Assembly: GCA_965644295.1 (NCBI GenBank)
Contig: CBFFRP010000144.1
Coordinates: 151,501 to 215,500 of the forward strand
Length of the DNA: 64,000 nt
Source of the DNA: Paraphysomonas bandaiensis
Lineage: Eukaryota; Protista; Chrysophyceae
Direction: 5' to 3'
Under the pieces are notes generated by a model that was not told where the DNA came from, ran no database searches, and saw only the letters and a program-made list of their open reading frames with translations. A program made the position numbers and the translations under genes. The first letter of the stretch is position 1. The number at the start of each line of letters is the position of its first letter. Below, in pieces: positions 12,884-25,200 of this stretch.

Positions 12884-13357
12884 TCATTTTTCGTTGGGTA
12901 CTTCTGTTTAGGACGTCGTATTGCGGAGAAAAAACATGAACATTTATTTTAACTATAATTAATAATGTTAACATCACAGCTATTTTAAGTAGGAGTGCTC
13001 TATACATGTCCACATACAAATACCTTGATTTTCTTTTGTGCAGTTGATCACTCTAAACTAATCGATTTTGGAAGCTGTTTCCTGGGTGTAACGAAGAGTC
13101 CTAGTCCAGCCCACCCCACAGGTCTACCTTTCCCAACCCTTGCACAAGTGGAAACGCCGCCGTGCAGCCTCCGCCAGCTAGTACTCTGCCCCAGGCCCAA
13201 CTCGCGGCCAGCGCCATCTCCAGATACGACGGCGTCCCTATCCACCCCCATGTTTCTCAGGCTAGGTACACTTGACTCAACTAAGTCAGAATCCTGTGCC
13301 TCCACAGTGTCCTGCAGAGCCCTATCCCAAGGGACCACCCCCTGACTAACCCCACGT

Positions 13358-13925
13358 TAGTTTCAGGTAGAAGTCTATCTAGCTTGACTAGTTTTTTTCA
13401 GCTACTTTTCTGGTGCTGATTCTCGACGCCTATATTGCAAAACATAAAAATTTCTTATATGAGCATCCGGCCAGTTCACCTTCTTAGGGACTCGAAAATC
13501 CTGAAGTCAGCAAATATAATGTATATCAACATTCTGCTTGCTCACTGTGTTTTTGCTTTTTGAGTGATAGAGCGAAAGTGGTTGCACCTTAGTGCTTGCG
13601 GTAACGCACAAGCAGCGTTCGTAGCGTTAAAAGTGGCATATCAGAGTTAACCACTGATCCTTTCAACTTTCAACGCCTATATTGCTAATAATAAGATATT
13701 CACCACTGGGCCTTTTCCCGGTTTATATTCGGCAGGGTTCAAATACGTCTACACAAGTGACACTTATTTTAGTGTCCCTTGTGCCACACAAGCATTGGCT
13801 TGTGGGAAGAAAATTACTTCCTGAAGATGTATATATGCTGTTCAAATTAGTTTTCCGGAGAAACATCTCCTGTACTAAGCCCCCATAACATCACGAAATG
13901 GTGTGAGTCCGACTTTGTTGAGGGC
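13358..13925. mobile_element. Repeat family R1 fragments (TIR piece, + right half, - left half)
   Basis: 13463-13705 matches 4660-4815 plus a right TIR; 13722-13925 is the reverse complement of 4365-4580. Confidence 0.75.
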
Positions 13926-16235
13926 AGTGTTCTTATAAATTACGATTGCTATATATATTTTTTCCTTGAATTGAGGCGGCTAGGGGTGTTGAGTTTTGCT
14001 TATTTGTATAACTATTATGGAAGAAAGCTTTACTTTAAAAGAGTTAAGTTATTAAAAAACAGTATTATATTATTATGGCCTTTTCTTAATAAAATTATAT
14101 TAGTTTATTGGAGTGTCTATCTACTATTCTCCCATCCTTCGTCTGACGTAGAAGATCATAATTATGACAGTGCAAATGATAGATCTTCTTAACATAGACT
14201 TCGAAACAGCACTTCAAGAGTACTACTGGCGAGTTCTAATGCCACATCTGATGCTGTAGAGGTGATTAGGAGCAGTGGCATCCAGTCCTTTCAGGGGTTG
14301 GGTCACGTTCTGACCTGGATGATGTGCTTCCTATCATCCTATCATGCACACAGCTTTGAATTAGGTGCGCTAGCAGGGGTTAAGTGTGATTGTACATAAA
14401 TGTGATGATGATGCCAATGAGTACACGGAGCCTCGTGCAACATTAAAATCGCAGTATGTTGGGGTACATCGGTTGTAGCAACTATTGAAATTTGATGACT
14501 TGTTGTTTTGAGTTAACCTAGTACAATGGTCATTCCCTAAGCATATGTACAGATCCCATTGATATAAAAGAATTTGTTCTTAAATTTAATGAAAAAGCAC
14601 ACATTTCCTTTAACTGCATGCAAGCTACAGCTAGCTATACATTCTAGATATAGCAGGCTTTCATCATTATGAGGATAAGCTACAATTTAACCTAGGGATT
14701 CGGAGTATCGTCCCTTGTTCTTTTTTCGTCGTCGTCTTGTGTATGCCTGTTTCTCACATGGCATGATCCAGCTGTATTAAATTGATTGCCCGCAAGTTCT
14801 CTGGAGCATTGATACAGGGGAGAATTGAAGTATTTTCACAGTCACTGATACTGTCACTCTAACTTCTAACTATGATCAGGGAACATAGATACAAATTCAG
14901 TACTGTTTCATATTGATCTCAACCGTCGTTAATGACACCATTACACACACAACAATATAAAGCAACATATTGGCAAGAAGAATGACTAATCCTGTGGCCA
15001 TAGATAACACAAAATGGAGCCTTGCTTTGGTCAATAAAGGCTTTGAAGGAGTCAGTAGATGGCCATCATCACACCTTAACTTTGGTATGAAGAAGATAAG
15101 GTCTTAGTGAAGAACTTTGCCAAGAAAAGAAGTATTTTTCATGTCATACCCAAATTGGGGTGGATAGAATCGTACCACAGCAAAAAAGACGAGTGCCCAG
15201 TTATGTTGAATCGACAGAGCGCGCAGCAAATAAAGCATGGTAGGAAATACCAACATATCAAACATAGTCCATCCATCAGCACAGGAAATTTGCATACGTG
15301 CGTGCTATCCACTACATCGTAATGAGTTGGATGATGCACAAAGTCCATCTATTGAGACTTCTCATGACCCATGGATGCAGTTGGCGGATAAATTCAATGA
15401 TACCAGTTTGATATTTCAGAACCAATCTAGTAATAACAACGAGGACGAAACACCGGTTACTCCATTCAAGTGAGTAACATATGCTTCTAAACAGTGTAAC
15501 TCTTCTCTCTGTAGCCCTGTGCCCAACCTGGAGAGCATATTTATAACCAAACACTTTCTTGCAATACAAGAATCAAATCGAGTTGTAATGTATGCTAAAC
15601 AATACACACTTCCGAGAGCTTTATCGGTCGTCTCCATATTCGAAACATTCTCTTGCATTCCATTTCATTGTGATGTCATCTCTTTCTCAGTGTCTCCCAT
15701 GTTTCATTAATTATTTTTCTAATGACATGCCCATCTCCATTAGTCACTTTATAACTGATCAGTTCTTCGCTCAGAATCCGTCATCATGGTAACAGCATGT
15801 TAATATGTGCGTACAGTGCTGGCGTAGCGTATCAGTTTTGGATCCAAATATGATGTTAATACCACGTACAGTACTCGGTACTGCGTAATACTTGAATGGG
15901 TATACCGGAATACGGCATGTAATTTTACCTTAGAAAGGCCTGTACCGAAGTATGGTATTGTGTACAGTGTAGTGGTGTATTCTATTGTTCGAAATTTGAA
16001 TGTGTGTATACCAGTATACTAATATATACTGTAGGTGTTATGTAGTGCTGTGTATACATACCTTCTCCGCAGACAGCTGGTCATGATTGTAACATGACGG
16101 CTATATGATATGATGATAACATGGATGTTATTGTGAGATTCACAGCCTCATTGTGAACTAGTAACTAACGGAACTTCTGTGCATGATGCAGCGCATCCTC
16201 TTATTTAAGTTAGTACTCTTTTAACTCCGAAAAGA

Positions 16236-19200
16236 ATGACACAGCTTCACATCTTGATCGAAGAAGGAAAGCAACTGCAGAATATATCTGGCCCAGTTCA
16301 TTGTGAAGTATATTGGTTCTCATAGTAATTAGAAAATTTAACTGTGTATATAGGTATATCTTCGACAGCCTGGCAAGCGGAAGGGTCGAGGTGTTTCAAC
16401 AGATACTGTGGAGGAAAATACTAACCCATCCTGGAACGAAACTGTTAAACTGTGAGTGCTGTGATATCGTTGTGTCTTTTTCTAGTTTATTGTCGAGGTG
16501 TGCAGTGATTTGGATGAATACGACTCATCAAAAGCAGAAGTCTGTATCGAAATATTATCATCTGGTGAGGTTGTAGGATCCGCACGAATTGCAGTTAGTG
16601 AAATATCCGATAAGAAGCGGTACAACCACCGTATCTTTTTACCATAGCGCCTAACCTTATTAACAGTATCCGCTTAGAAGAAGGCGGACTTCTGAAGATA
16701 TCTGCAAATGTCGAAAGTAATGTGTACCACTAATGTGTATCGCGACTAATGAAATCGTCAGATAAAACAGGAACCGATAAAGATGTTGAGATTGGAGTGG
16801 GTACGAAGGTAGAGGCTCGGTACCGTGGTAAAATGAAATATTATCCTGGTGTAATTACTCGTGTTCGTCTTGGTGGTAAAGCGTTTGATATCGACTATGA
16901 TGATGGGGAGCAGGAGATGGGAGTAAAGCGTGAGTTGATCAGAGCATTAGGTGGTGGAGGTAGTGGTTCTGGTGCTCGTGGGCGTGGAGACGATATTGGT
17001 GGTATTGATGAAGATGTTGAGCTTGGAGTGGGTACGAAAGTAGAGGCTCGGTACCGTGGTAAAATGAAATATTATCCTGGTGTAATTACTCGTGTTCGTC
17101 TTGGTGGTAAAGCGTTTGATATCGACTATGATGATGGGGAGCAGGAGATGGGTGTAAAGCGTGAGTTGATCAGAGCATTAGGTGGTGGAGGTAGTGGTTC
17201 TGGTAGTCGTAGTAGAAGTGCGAGTCGTCATCGAGACGACGATATTGGTGGTATTGATGAAGATGTTGAGCTTGGAGTGGGTACGAAGGTAGAGGCTCGA
17301 TACCGTGGTAAAATGAAATATTATCCTGGTGTAATTACTCGTGTTCGTCTTGGTGGTAAAGCGTTTGATATCGACTATGATGATGGGGAGCAGGAGATGG
17401 GTGTAAAGCGTGAGTTGATCAGAGCATTAGGTGGTGGAGGTAGTGGTTCTGGTAGTCGTAGTAGAAGTGCGAGTCGTCATCGAGACGACGATATTGGTGG
17501 TATTGATGAAGATGTTGAGCTTGGAGTGGGTACGAAGGTAGAGGCTCGGTACCGTGGTAAAATGAAATATTATCCTGGTGTAATTACTCGTGTTCGTCTT
17601 GGTGGTAAAGCGTTTGATATCGACTATGATGATGGGGAGCAGGAGATGGGTGTAAAGCGTGAGTTGATCAGAGCATTAGGTGGTGGAGGTAGTGGTTCTG
17701 GTGCTCGTGGGCGTGTAGACGATATTGGTGGTATTGATGAAGATGTTGAGCTTGGAGTGGGTACGAAGGTAGAGGCTCGGTACCGTGGTAAAATGAAATA
17801 TTATCCTGGTGTAATTACTCGTGTTCGTCTTGGTGGTAAAGCGTTTGATATCGACTATGATGATGGGGAGCAGGAGATGGGTGTAAAGCGTGAGTTGATC
17901 AGAGCATTAGGTGGTGGAGGTAGTGGTTCTGGTAGTCGTAGTAGAAGTGCGAGTCGTCATCGAGACGACGATATTGGTGGTATTGATGAAGATGTTGAGC
18001 TTGGAGTGGGTACGAAGGTAGAGGCTCGATACCGTGGTAAAATGAAATATTATCCTGGTGTAATTACTCGTGTTCGTCTTGGTGGTAAAGCGTTTGATAT
18101 CGACTATGATGATGGGGAGCAGGAGATGGGTGTAAAGCGTGAGTTGATCAGAGCATTAGGTGGTGGAGGTAGTGGTTCTGGTAGTCGTAGTAGAAGTGCG
18201 AGTCGTCATCGAGACGACGATATTGGTGGTATTGATGAAGATGTTGAGCTTGGAGTGGGTACGAAGGTAGAGGCTCGGTACCGTGGTAAAATGAAATATT
18301 ATCCTGGTGTAATTACTCGTGTTCGTCTTGGTGGTAAAGCGTTTGATATCGACTATGATGATGGGGAGCAGGAGATGGGTGTAAAGCGTGAGTTGATCAG
18401 AGCATTAGGTGGTGGAGGTAGTGGTTCTGGTGCTCGTGGGCGTGTAGACGATATTGGTGGTATTGATGAAGATGTTGAGCTTGGAGTGGGTACGAAGGTA
18501 GAGGCTCGGTACCGTGGTAAAATGAAATATTATCCTGGTGTAATTACTCGTGTTCGTCTTGGTGGTAAAGCGTTTGATATCGACTATGATGATGGGGAGC
18601 AGGAGATGGGTGTAAAGCGTGAGTTGATCAGAGCATTAGGTGGTGGAGGTAGTGGTTCTGGTAGTCGTAGTAGAAGTGCGAGTCGTCATCGAGACGACGA
18701 TATTGGTGGTATTGATGAAGATGTTGAGCTTGGAGTGGGTACGAAGGTAGAGGCTCGATACCGTGGTAAAATGAAATATTATCCTGGTGTAATTACTCGT
18801 GTTCGTCTTGGTGGTAAAGCGTTTGATATCGACTATGATGATGGGGAGCAGGAGATGGGTGTAAAGCGTGAGTTGATCAGAGCATTAGGTGGTGGAGGTA
18901 GTGGTTCTGGTGCTCGTGGGCGTGGAGATGATATTGGTGGTATTGATGAAGATGTTGAGCTTGGAGTGGGTACGAAGGTAGAGGCTCGGTACCGTGGTAA
19001 AATGAAATATTATCCTGGTGTAATTACTCGTGTTCGTCTTGGTGGTAAAGCGTTTGATATCGACTATGATGATGGGGAGCAGGAGATGGGTGTAAAGCGT
19101 GAGTTGATCAGAGCATTAGGTGGTGGAGGTAGTGGTTCTGGTAGTCGTAGTAGAAGTGCGAGTCGTCATCGAGACGACGATATTGGTGGTATTGATGAAG

Positions 19201-22200
19201 ATGTTGAGCTTGGAGTGGGTACGAAGGTAGAGGCTCGATACCGTGGTAAAATGAAATATTATCCTGGTGTAATTACTCGTGTTCGTCTTGGTGGTAAAGC
19301 GTTTGATATCGACTATGATGATGGGGAGCAGGAGATGGGTGTAAAGCGTGAGTTGATCAGAGCATTAGGTGGTGGAGGTAGTGGTTCTGGTGCTCGTGGG
19401 CGTGGAGATGATATTGGTGGTATTGATGAAGATGTTGAGCTTGGAGTGGGTACGAAGGTAGAGGCTCGGTACCGTGGTAAAATGAAATATTATCCTGGTG
19501 TAATTACTCGTGTTCGTCTTGGTGGTAAAGCGTTTGATATCGACTATGATGATGGGGAGCAGGAGATGGGTGTAAAGCGTGAGTTGATCAGAGCATTAGG
19601 TGGTGGAGGTAGTGGTTCTGGTAGTCGTAGTAGAAGTGCGAGTCGTCATCGAGACGACGATATTGGTGGTATTGATGAAGATGTTGAGCTTGGAGTGGGT
19701 ACGAAGGTAGAGGCTCGATACCGTGGTAAAATGAAATATTATCCTGGTGTAATTACTCGTGTTCGTCTTGGTGGTAAAGCGTTTGATATCGACTATGATG
19801 ATGGGGAGCAGGAGATGGGTGTAAAGCGTGAGTTGATCAGAGCATTAGGTGGTGGAGGTAGTGGTTCTGGTAGTCGTAGTAGAAGTGCGAGTCGTCATCG
19901 AGACGACGATATTGGTGGTATTGATGAAGATGTTGAGCTTGGAGTGGGTACGAAGGTAGAGGCTCGGTACCGTGGTAAAATGAAATATTATCCTGGTGTA
20001 ATTACTCGTGTTCGTCTTGGTGGTAAAGCGTTTGATATCGACTATGATGATGGGGAGCAGGAGATGGGTGTAAAGCGTGAGTTGATCAGAGCATTAGGTG
20101 GTGGAGGTAGTGGTTCTGGTAGTCATAGTAGAAGTGCGAGTCGTCATCGAGACGACGATATTGGTGGTATTGATGAAGATGTTGAGCTTGGAGTGGGTAC
20201 GAAGGTAGAGGCTCGGTACCGTGGTAAAATGAAATATTATCCTGGTGTAATTACTCGTGTTCGTCTTGGTGGTAAAGCGTTTGATATCGACTATGATGAT
20301 GGGGAGCAGGAGATGGGTGTAAAGCGTGAGTTGATCAGAGCATTAGGTGGTGGAGGTAGTGGTTCTGGTAGTCGTAGTAGAAGTGCGAGTCGTCATCGAG
20401 ACGACGATATTGGTGGTATTGATGAAGATGTTGAGCTTGGAGTGGGTACGAAGGTAGAGGCTCGATACCGTGGTAAAATGAAATATTATCCTGGTGTAAT
20501 TACTCGTGTTCGTCTTGGTGGTAAAGCGTTTGATATCGACTATGATGATGGGGAGCAGGAGATGGGTGTAAAGCGTGAGTTGATCAGAGCATTAGGTGGT
20601 GGAGGTAGTGGTTCTGGTAGTCGTAGTAGAAGTGCGAGTCGTCATCGAGACGACGATATTGGTGGTATTGATGAAGATGTTGAGCTTGGAGTGGGTACGA
20701 AGGTAGAGGCTCGGTACCGTGGTAAAATGAAATATTATCCTGGTGTAATTACTCGTGTTCGTCTTGGTGGTAAAGCGTTTGATATCGACTATGATGATGG
20801 GGAGCAGGAGATGGGTGTAAAGCGTGAGTTGATCAGAGCATTAGGTGGTGGAGGTAGTGGTTCTGGTAGTCGTAGTAGAAGTGCGAGTCGTCATCGAGAC
20901 GACGATATTGGTGGTATTGATGAAGATGTTGAGCTTGGAGTGGGTACGAAGGTAGAGGCTCGGTACCGTGGTAAAATGAAATATTATCCTGGTGTAATTA
21001 CTCGTGTTCGTCTTGGTGGTAAAGCGTTTGATATCGACTATGATGATGGGGAGCAGGAGATGGGTGTAAAGCGTGAGTTGATCAGAGCATTAGGTGGTGG
21101 AGGTAGTGGTTCTGGTGCTCGTGGGCGTGTAGACGATATTGGTGGTATTGATGAAGATGTTGAGCTTGGAGTGGGTACGAAGGTAGAGGCTCGATACCGT
21201 GGTAAAATGAAATATTATCCTGGTGTAATTACTCGTGTTCGTCTTGGTGGTAAAGCGTTTGATATCGACTATGATGATGGGGAGCAGGAGATGGGTGTAA
21301 AGCGTGAGTTGATCAGAGCATTAGGTGGTGGAGGTAGTGGTTCTGGTAGTCGTAGTAGAAGTGCGAGTCGTCATCGAGACGACGATATTGGTGGTATTGA
21401 TGAAGATGTTGAGCTTGGAGTGGGTACGAAGGTAGAGGCTCGGTACCGTGGTAAAATGAAATATTATCCTGGTGTAATTACTCGTGTTCGTCTTGGTGGT
21501 AAAGCGTTTGATATCGACTATGATGATGGGGAGCAGGAGATGGGTGTAAAGCGTGAGTTGATCAGAGCATTAGGTGGTGGAGGTAGTGGTTCTGGTGTTC
21601 GCGGGCGTGGAGAGGATATAGAAGAGGATGAACTGAATGTTGGCACGAGGGTAGAGGCTCGGTACCGTGGTAAAATGAAATATTATCCTGGTGTAATTAC
21701 TCGTGTTCGTCTTGGTGGTAAAGCGTTTGATATCGACTATGATGATGGGGAGCAGGAGATGGGTGTAAAGCGTGAGTTGATCAGAGCATTAGGTGGTGGA
21801 GGTAGTGGTTCTGGTGTTCGTGGGCGTGGAGAGGATATAGAAGAGGATGAACTGAATGTTGGCACAAGGGTAGAAGCTCGGTACCGTGGTAAAATGAAAT
21901 ATTATCCTGGTGTAATTACTCGTGTTCGTCTTGGTGGTAAAGCGTTTGATATCGACTATGATGATGGGGAGCAGGAGATGGGTGTAAAGCGTGAGTTGAT
22001 CAGAGCATTAGGTGGTGGAGGTAGTGGTTCTGGTGTTCGCGGGCGTGGAGAGGATATAGAAGAGGATGAACTGAATGTTGGCACGAGGGTAGAAGCTCGG
22101 TACCGTGGTAAAATGAAATATTATCCTGGTGTAATTACTCGTGTTCGTCTTGGTGGTAAAGCGTTTGATATCGACTATGATGATGGGGAGCAGGAGATGG

Positions 22201-25200
22201 GTGTAAAGCGTGAGTTGATCAGAGCATTAGGTGGTGGAGGTAGTGGTTCTGGTGTTCGCGGGCGTGGAGAGGATATAGAAGAGGATGAACTGAATGTTGG
22301 CACAAGGGTAGAAGCTCGGTACCGTGGTAAAATGAAATATTATCCTGGTGTAATTACTCGTGTTCGTCTTGGTGGTAAAGCGTTTGATATCGACTATGAT
22401 GATGGGGAGCAGGAGATGGGTGTAAAGCGTGAGTTGATCAGAGCATTAGGTGGTGGAGGTAGTGGTTCTGGTGTTCGCGGGCGTGGAGAGGATATAGAAG
22501 AGGATGAACTGAATGTTGGCACGAGGGTAGAGGCTCGGTACCGTGGTAAAATGAAATATTATCCTGGTGTAATTACTCGTGTTCGTCTTGGTGGTAAAGC
22601 GTTTGATATCGACTATGATGATGGGGAGCAGGAGATGGGTGTAAAGCGTGAGTTGATCAGAGCATTAGGTGGTGGAGGTAGTGGTTCTGGTGTTCGTGGG
22701 CGTGGAGAGGATATAGAAGAGGATGACTTGATAGTTGGCACGAAGGTGGAGGCACGATACCGTGGTAAAATGAAATATTATCCTGGTGTAATTAGTCGTG
22801 TTCGATTAAATGGAACATTTGATATTGATTATGACGATGGCGAGAAGGAGACGAGCGTTGAGCGTTCTCTTATCAGGAAGTTGGGAAGAAGTCGTAGTCG
22901 AAGTGCTAGTCGACGTCGTGATGACGATATTGAAGAGGATGACTTGATAGTTGGCACGAAGGTGGAGGCTCGGTACCGTGGTAAAATGAAATATTATCCT
23001 GGTGTAATTACTCGTGTTCGTCTTGGTGGTAAAGCGTTTGATATCGACTATGATGATGGGGAGCAGGAGATGGGTGTAAAGCGTGAGTTGATCAGAGCAT
23101 TAGGTGGTGGAGGTAGTGGTTCTGGTGTTCGTGGGCGTGGAGAGGATATAGAAGAGGATGACTTGATAGTTGGCACGAAGGTGGAGGCACGATACCGTGG
23201 TAAAATGAAATATTATCCTGGTGTAATTAGTCGTGTTCGATTAAATGGAACATTTGATATTGATTATGACGATGGCGAGAAGGAGACGAGTGTTGAGCGT
23301 TCTCTTATCAGGAAGTTGGGAAGAAGTCGTAGTCGAAGTGCTAGTCGACGTCGTGATGACGATATTGACGAGGATGACTTGATAGTTGGCACGAAGGTGG
23401 AGGCTCGGTACCGTGGTAAAATGAAATATTATCCTGGTGTAATTAGTCGTGTTCGTCTTGGTGGTAAAGCGTTTGATATCGACTATGATGATGGGGAGCA
23501 GGAGATGGGTGTAAAGCGTGAGTTGATCAGAGCATTAGGTGGTGGAGGTAGTGGTTCTGGTGTTCGTGGGCGTGGAGAGGATATAGAAGAGGATGACTTG
23601 ATAGTTGGCACGAAGGTGGAGGCACGATACCGTGGTAAAATGAAATATTATCCTGGTGTAATTAGTCGTGTTCGATTAAATGGAACATTTGATATTGATT
23701 ATGACGATGGCGAGAAGGAGACGAGTGTTGAGCGTTCTCTTATCAGGAAGTTGGGAAGAAGTCGTAGTCGAAGTGCTAGTCGACGTCGTGATGACGATAT
23801 TGAAGAGGATGACTTGATAGTTGGCACGAAGGTGGAGGCTCGATACCGTGGTAAAATGAAATATTATCCTGGTGTAATTAGTCGTGTTCGATTGAATGGA
23901 ACATTTGATATTGATTATGACGATGGCGAGAAGGAGACGAGCGTTGAGCGTTCTCTTATCAGGAAGTTGGGAAGAAGTCGTAGTCGAAGTGCTAGTCGAC
24001 GTCGTAATGACGATATAGAAGACGATATTGAAGAGGATGAATTGAGAGTTGGCACGAAGGTGGAGGCACGGTACCGTGGTAAAATGAAATATTATCCTGG
24101 TGTAATTAGTCGTGTTCGATTGAATGGAACATTTGATATTGATTATGACGATGGCGAGAAGGAGACGAGTGTTGAGCGTTCTCTTATCAGGAAGTTGGGA
24201 AGAAGTCGTAGTCGAAGTGCTAGTCGACGTCGTAATGACGATATAGAAGACGATATAGAAGACGATATTGAGGAGGATGACTTGATAGTTGGCACGAAGG
24301 TGGAGGCACGGTACCGTGGTAAAATGAAATATTATCCTGGTGTAATTAGTCGTGTTCGATTGAATGGGACATTTGATATTGATTATGACGATGGCGAGAA
24401 GGAGTCGAGTGTTGAGCGTTCTCTTATCAGGAAGTTGGGAAGAAGTCGTAGTCGAAGTGCTAGTCGACGTCGTAATGACGATATAGAAGACGATATTGAG
24501 GAGGATGACTTGATAGTTGGCACGAAGGTGGAGGCACGGTACCGTGGTAAAATGAAATATTATCCTGGTGTAATTAGTCGTGTTCGATTAAATGGAACAT
24601 TTGATATTGAATATGACGATGGCGAGAAGGAGACGAGCGTTGAGCGTTCTCTTATCAGGAAGTTGGGAAGAAGTCGTAGTCGAAGTACTAGTCGACGTCG
24701 TAATGACGATATTGAAGACGATATTGAAGAGGATGAATTGATAGTTGGCACGAAGGTGGAGGCACGGTACCGTGGTAAAATGAAATATTATCCTGGTGTA
24801 ATTAGTCGTGTTCGATTGAATGGAACATTTGATATTGAATATGACGATGGCGAGAAGGAGACGAGCGTAGATCGTAGCTTTATCAAAGTGTCTAGAAGGA
24901 AAAGTGAACGCGGATGCGATGAATACGGGGACTGGGATGTTGGCAGTCGCGTTGAATCTCGCCACAAAGGAACGTCATCCTTTTATTCTGGGATTATAAC
25001 CCGCGTCAGGTTTGGTGGAAAAGCCTTTGACGTAGAATACGACCATAACGGGGAGCTTGAAACGTCAGTATCTGCAAGCAATATTAGAGGTGTTGATGAA
25101 GTAAGGCACAAACGAGTGCGTCATTTGGAAAACATCAAGCCTAAAAAAGGGGCTCATCTAGCTGGAGATCGAGTTGCCTGTTATTGGTATCGCCCAAATT

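Noticed and set aside
12995-13345. GC-richer ORF with LIDFG
   Set aside because: No other kinase motifs or clear gene structure; cannot be assigned.
14150-15800. Region with short ORFs that may be a decayed transposase or gene
   Set aside because: No recognisable motif or termini could be established by eye.
16783-24900. Regular repeats with variable intervening segments, superficially CRISPR-like
   Set aside because: Units are 216-249 bp, in frame within a eukaryotic ORF, and the linkers recur rather than being unique spacers. No cas genes are present.
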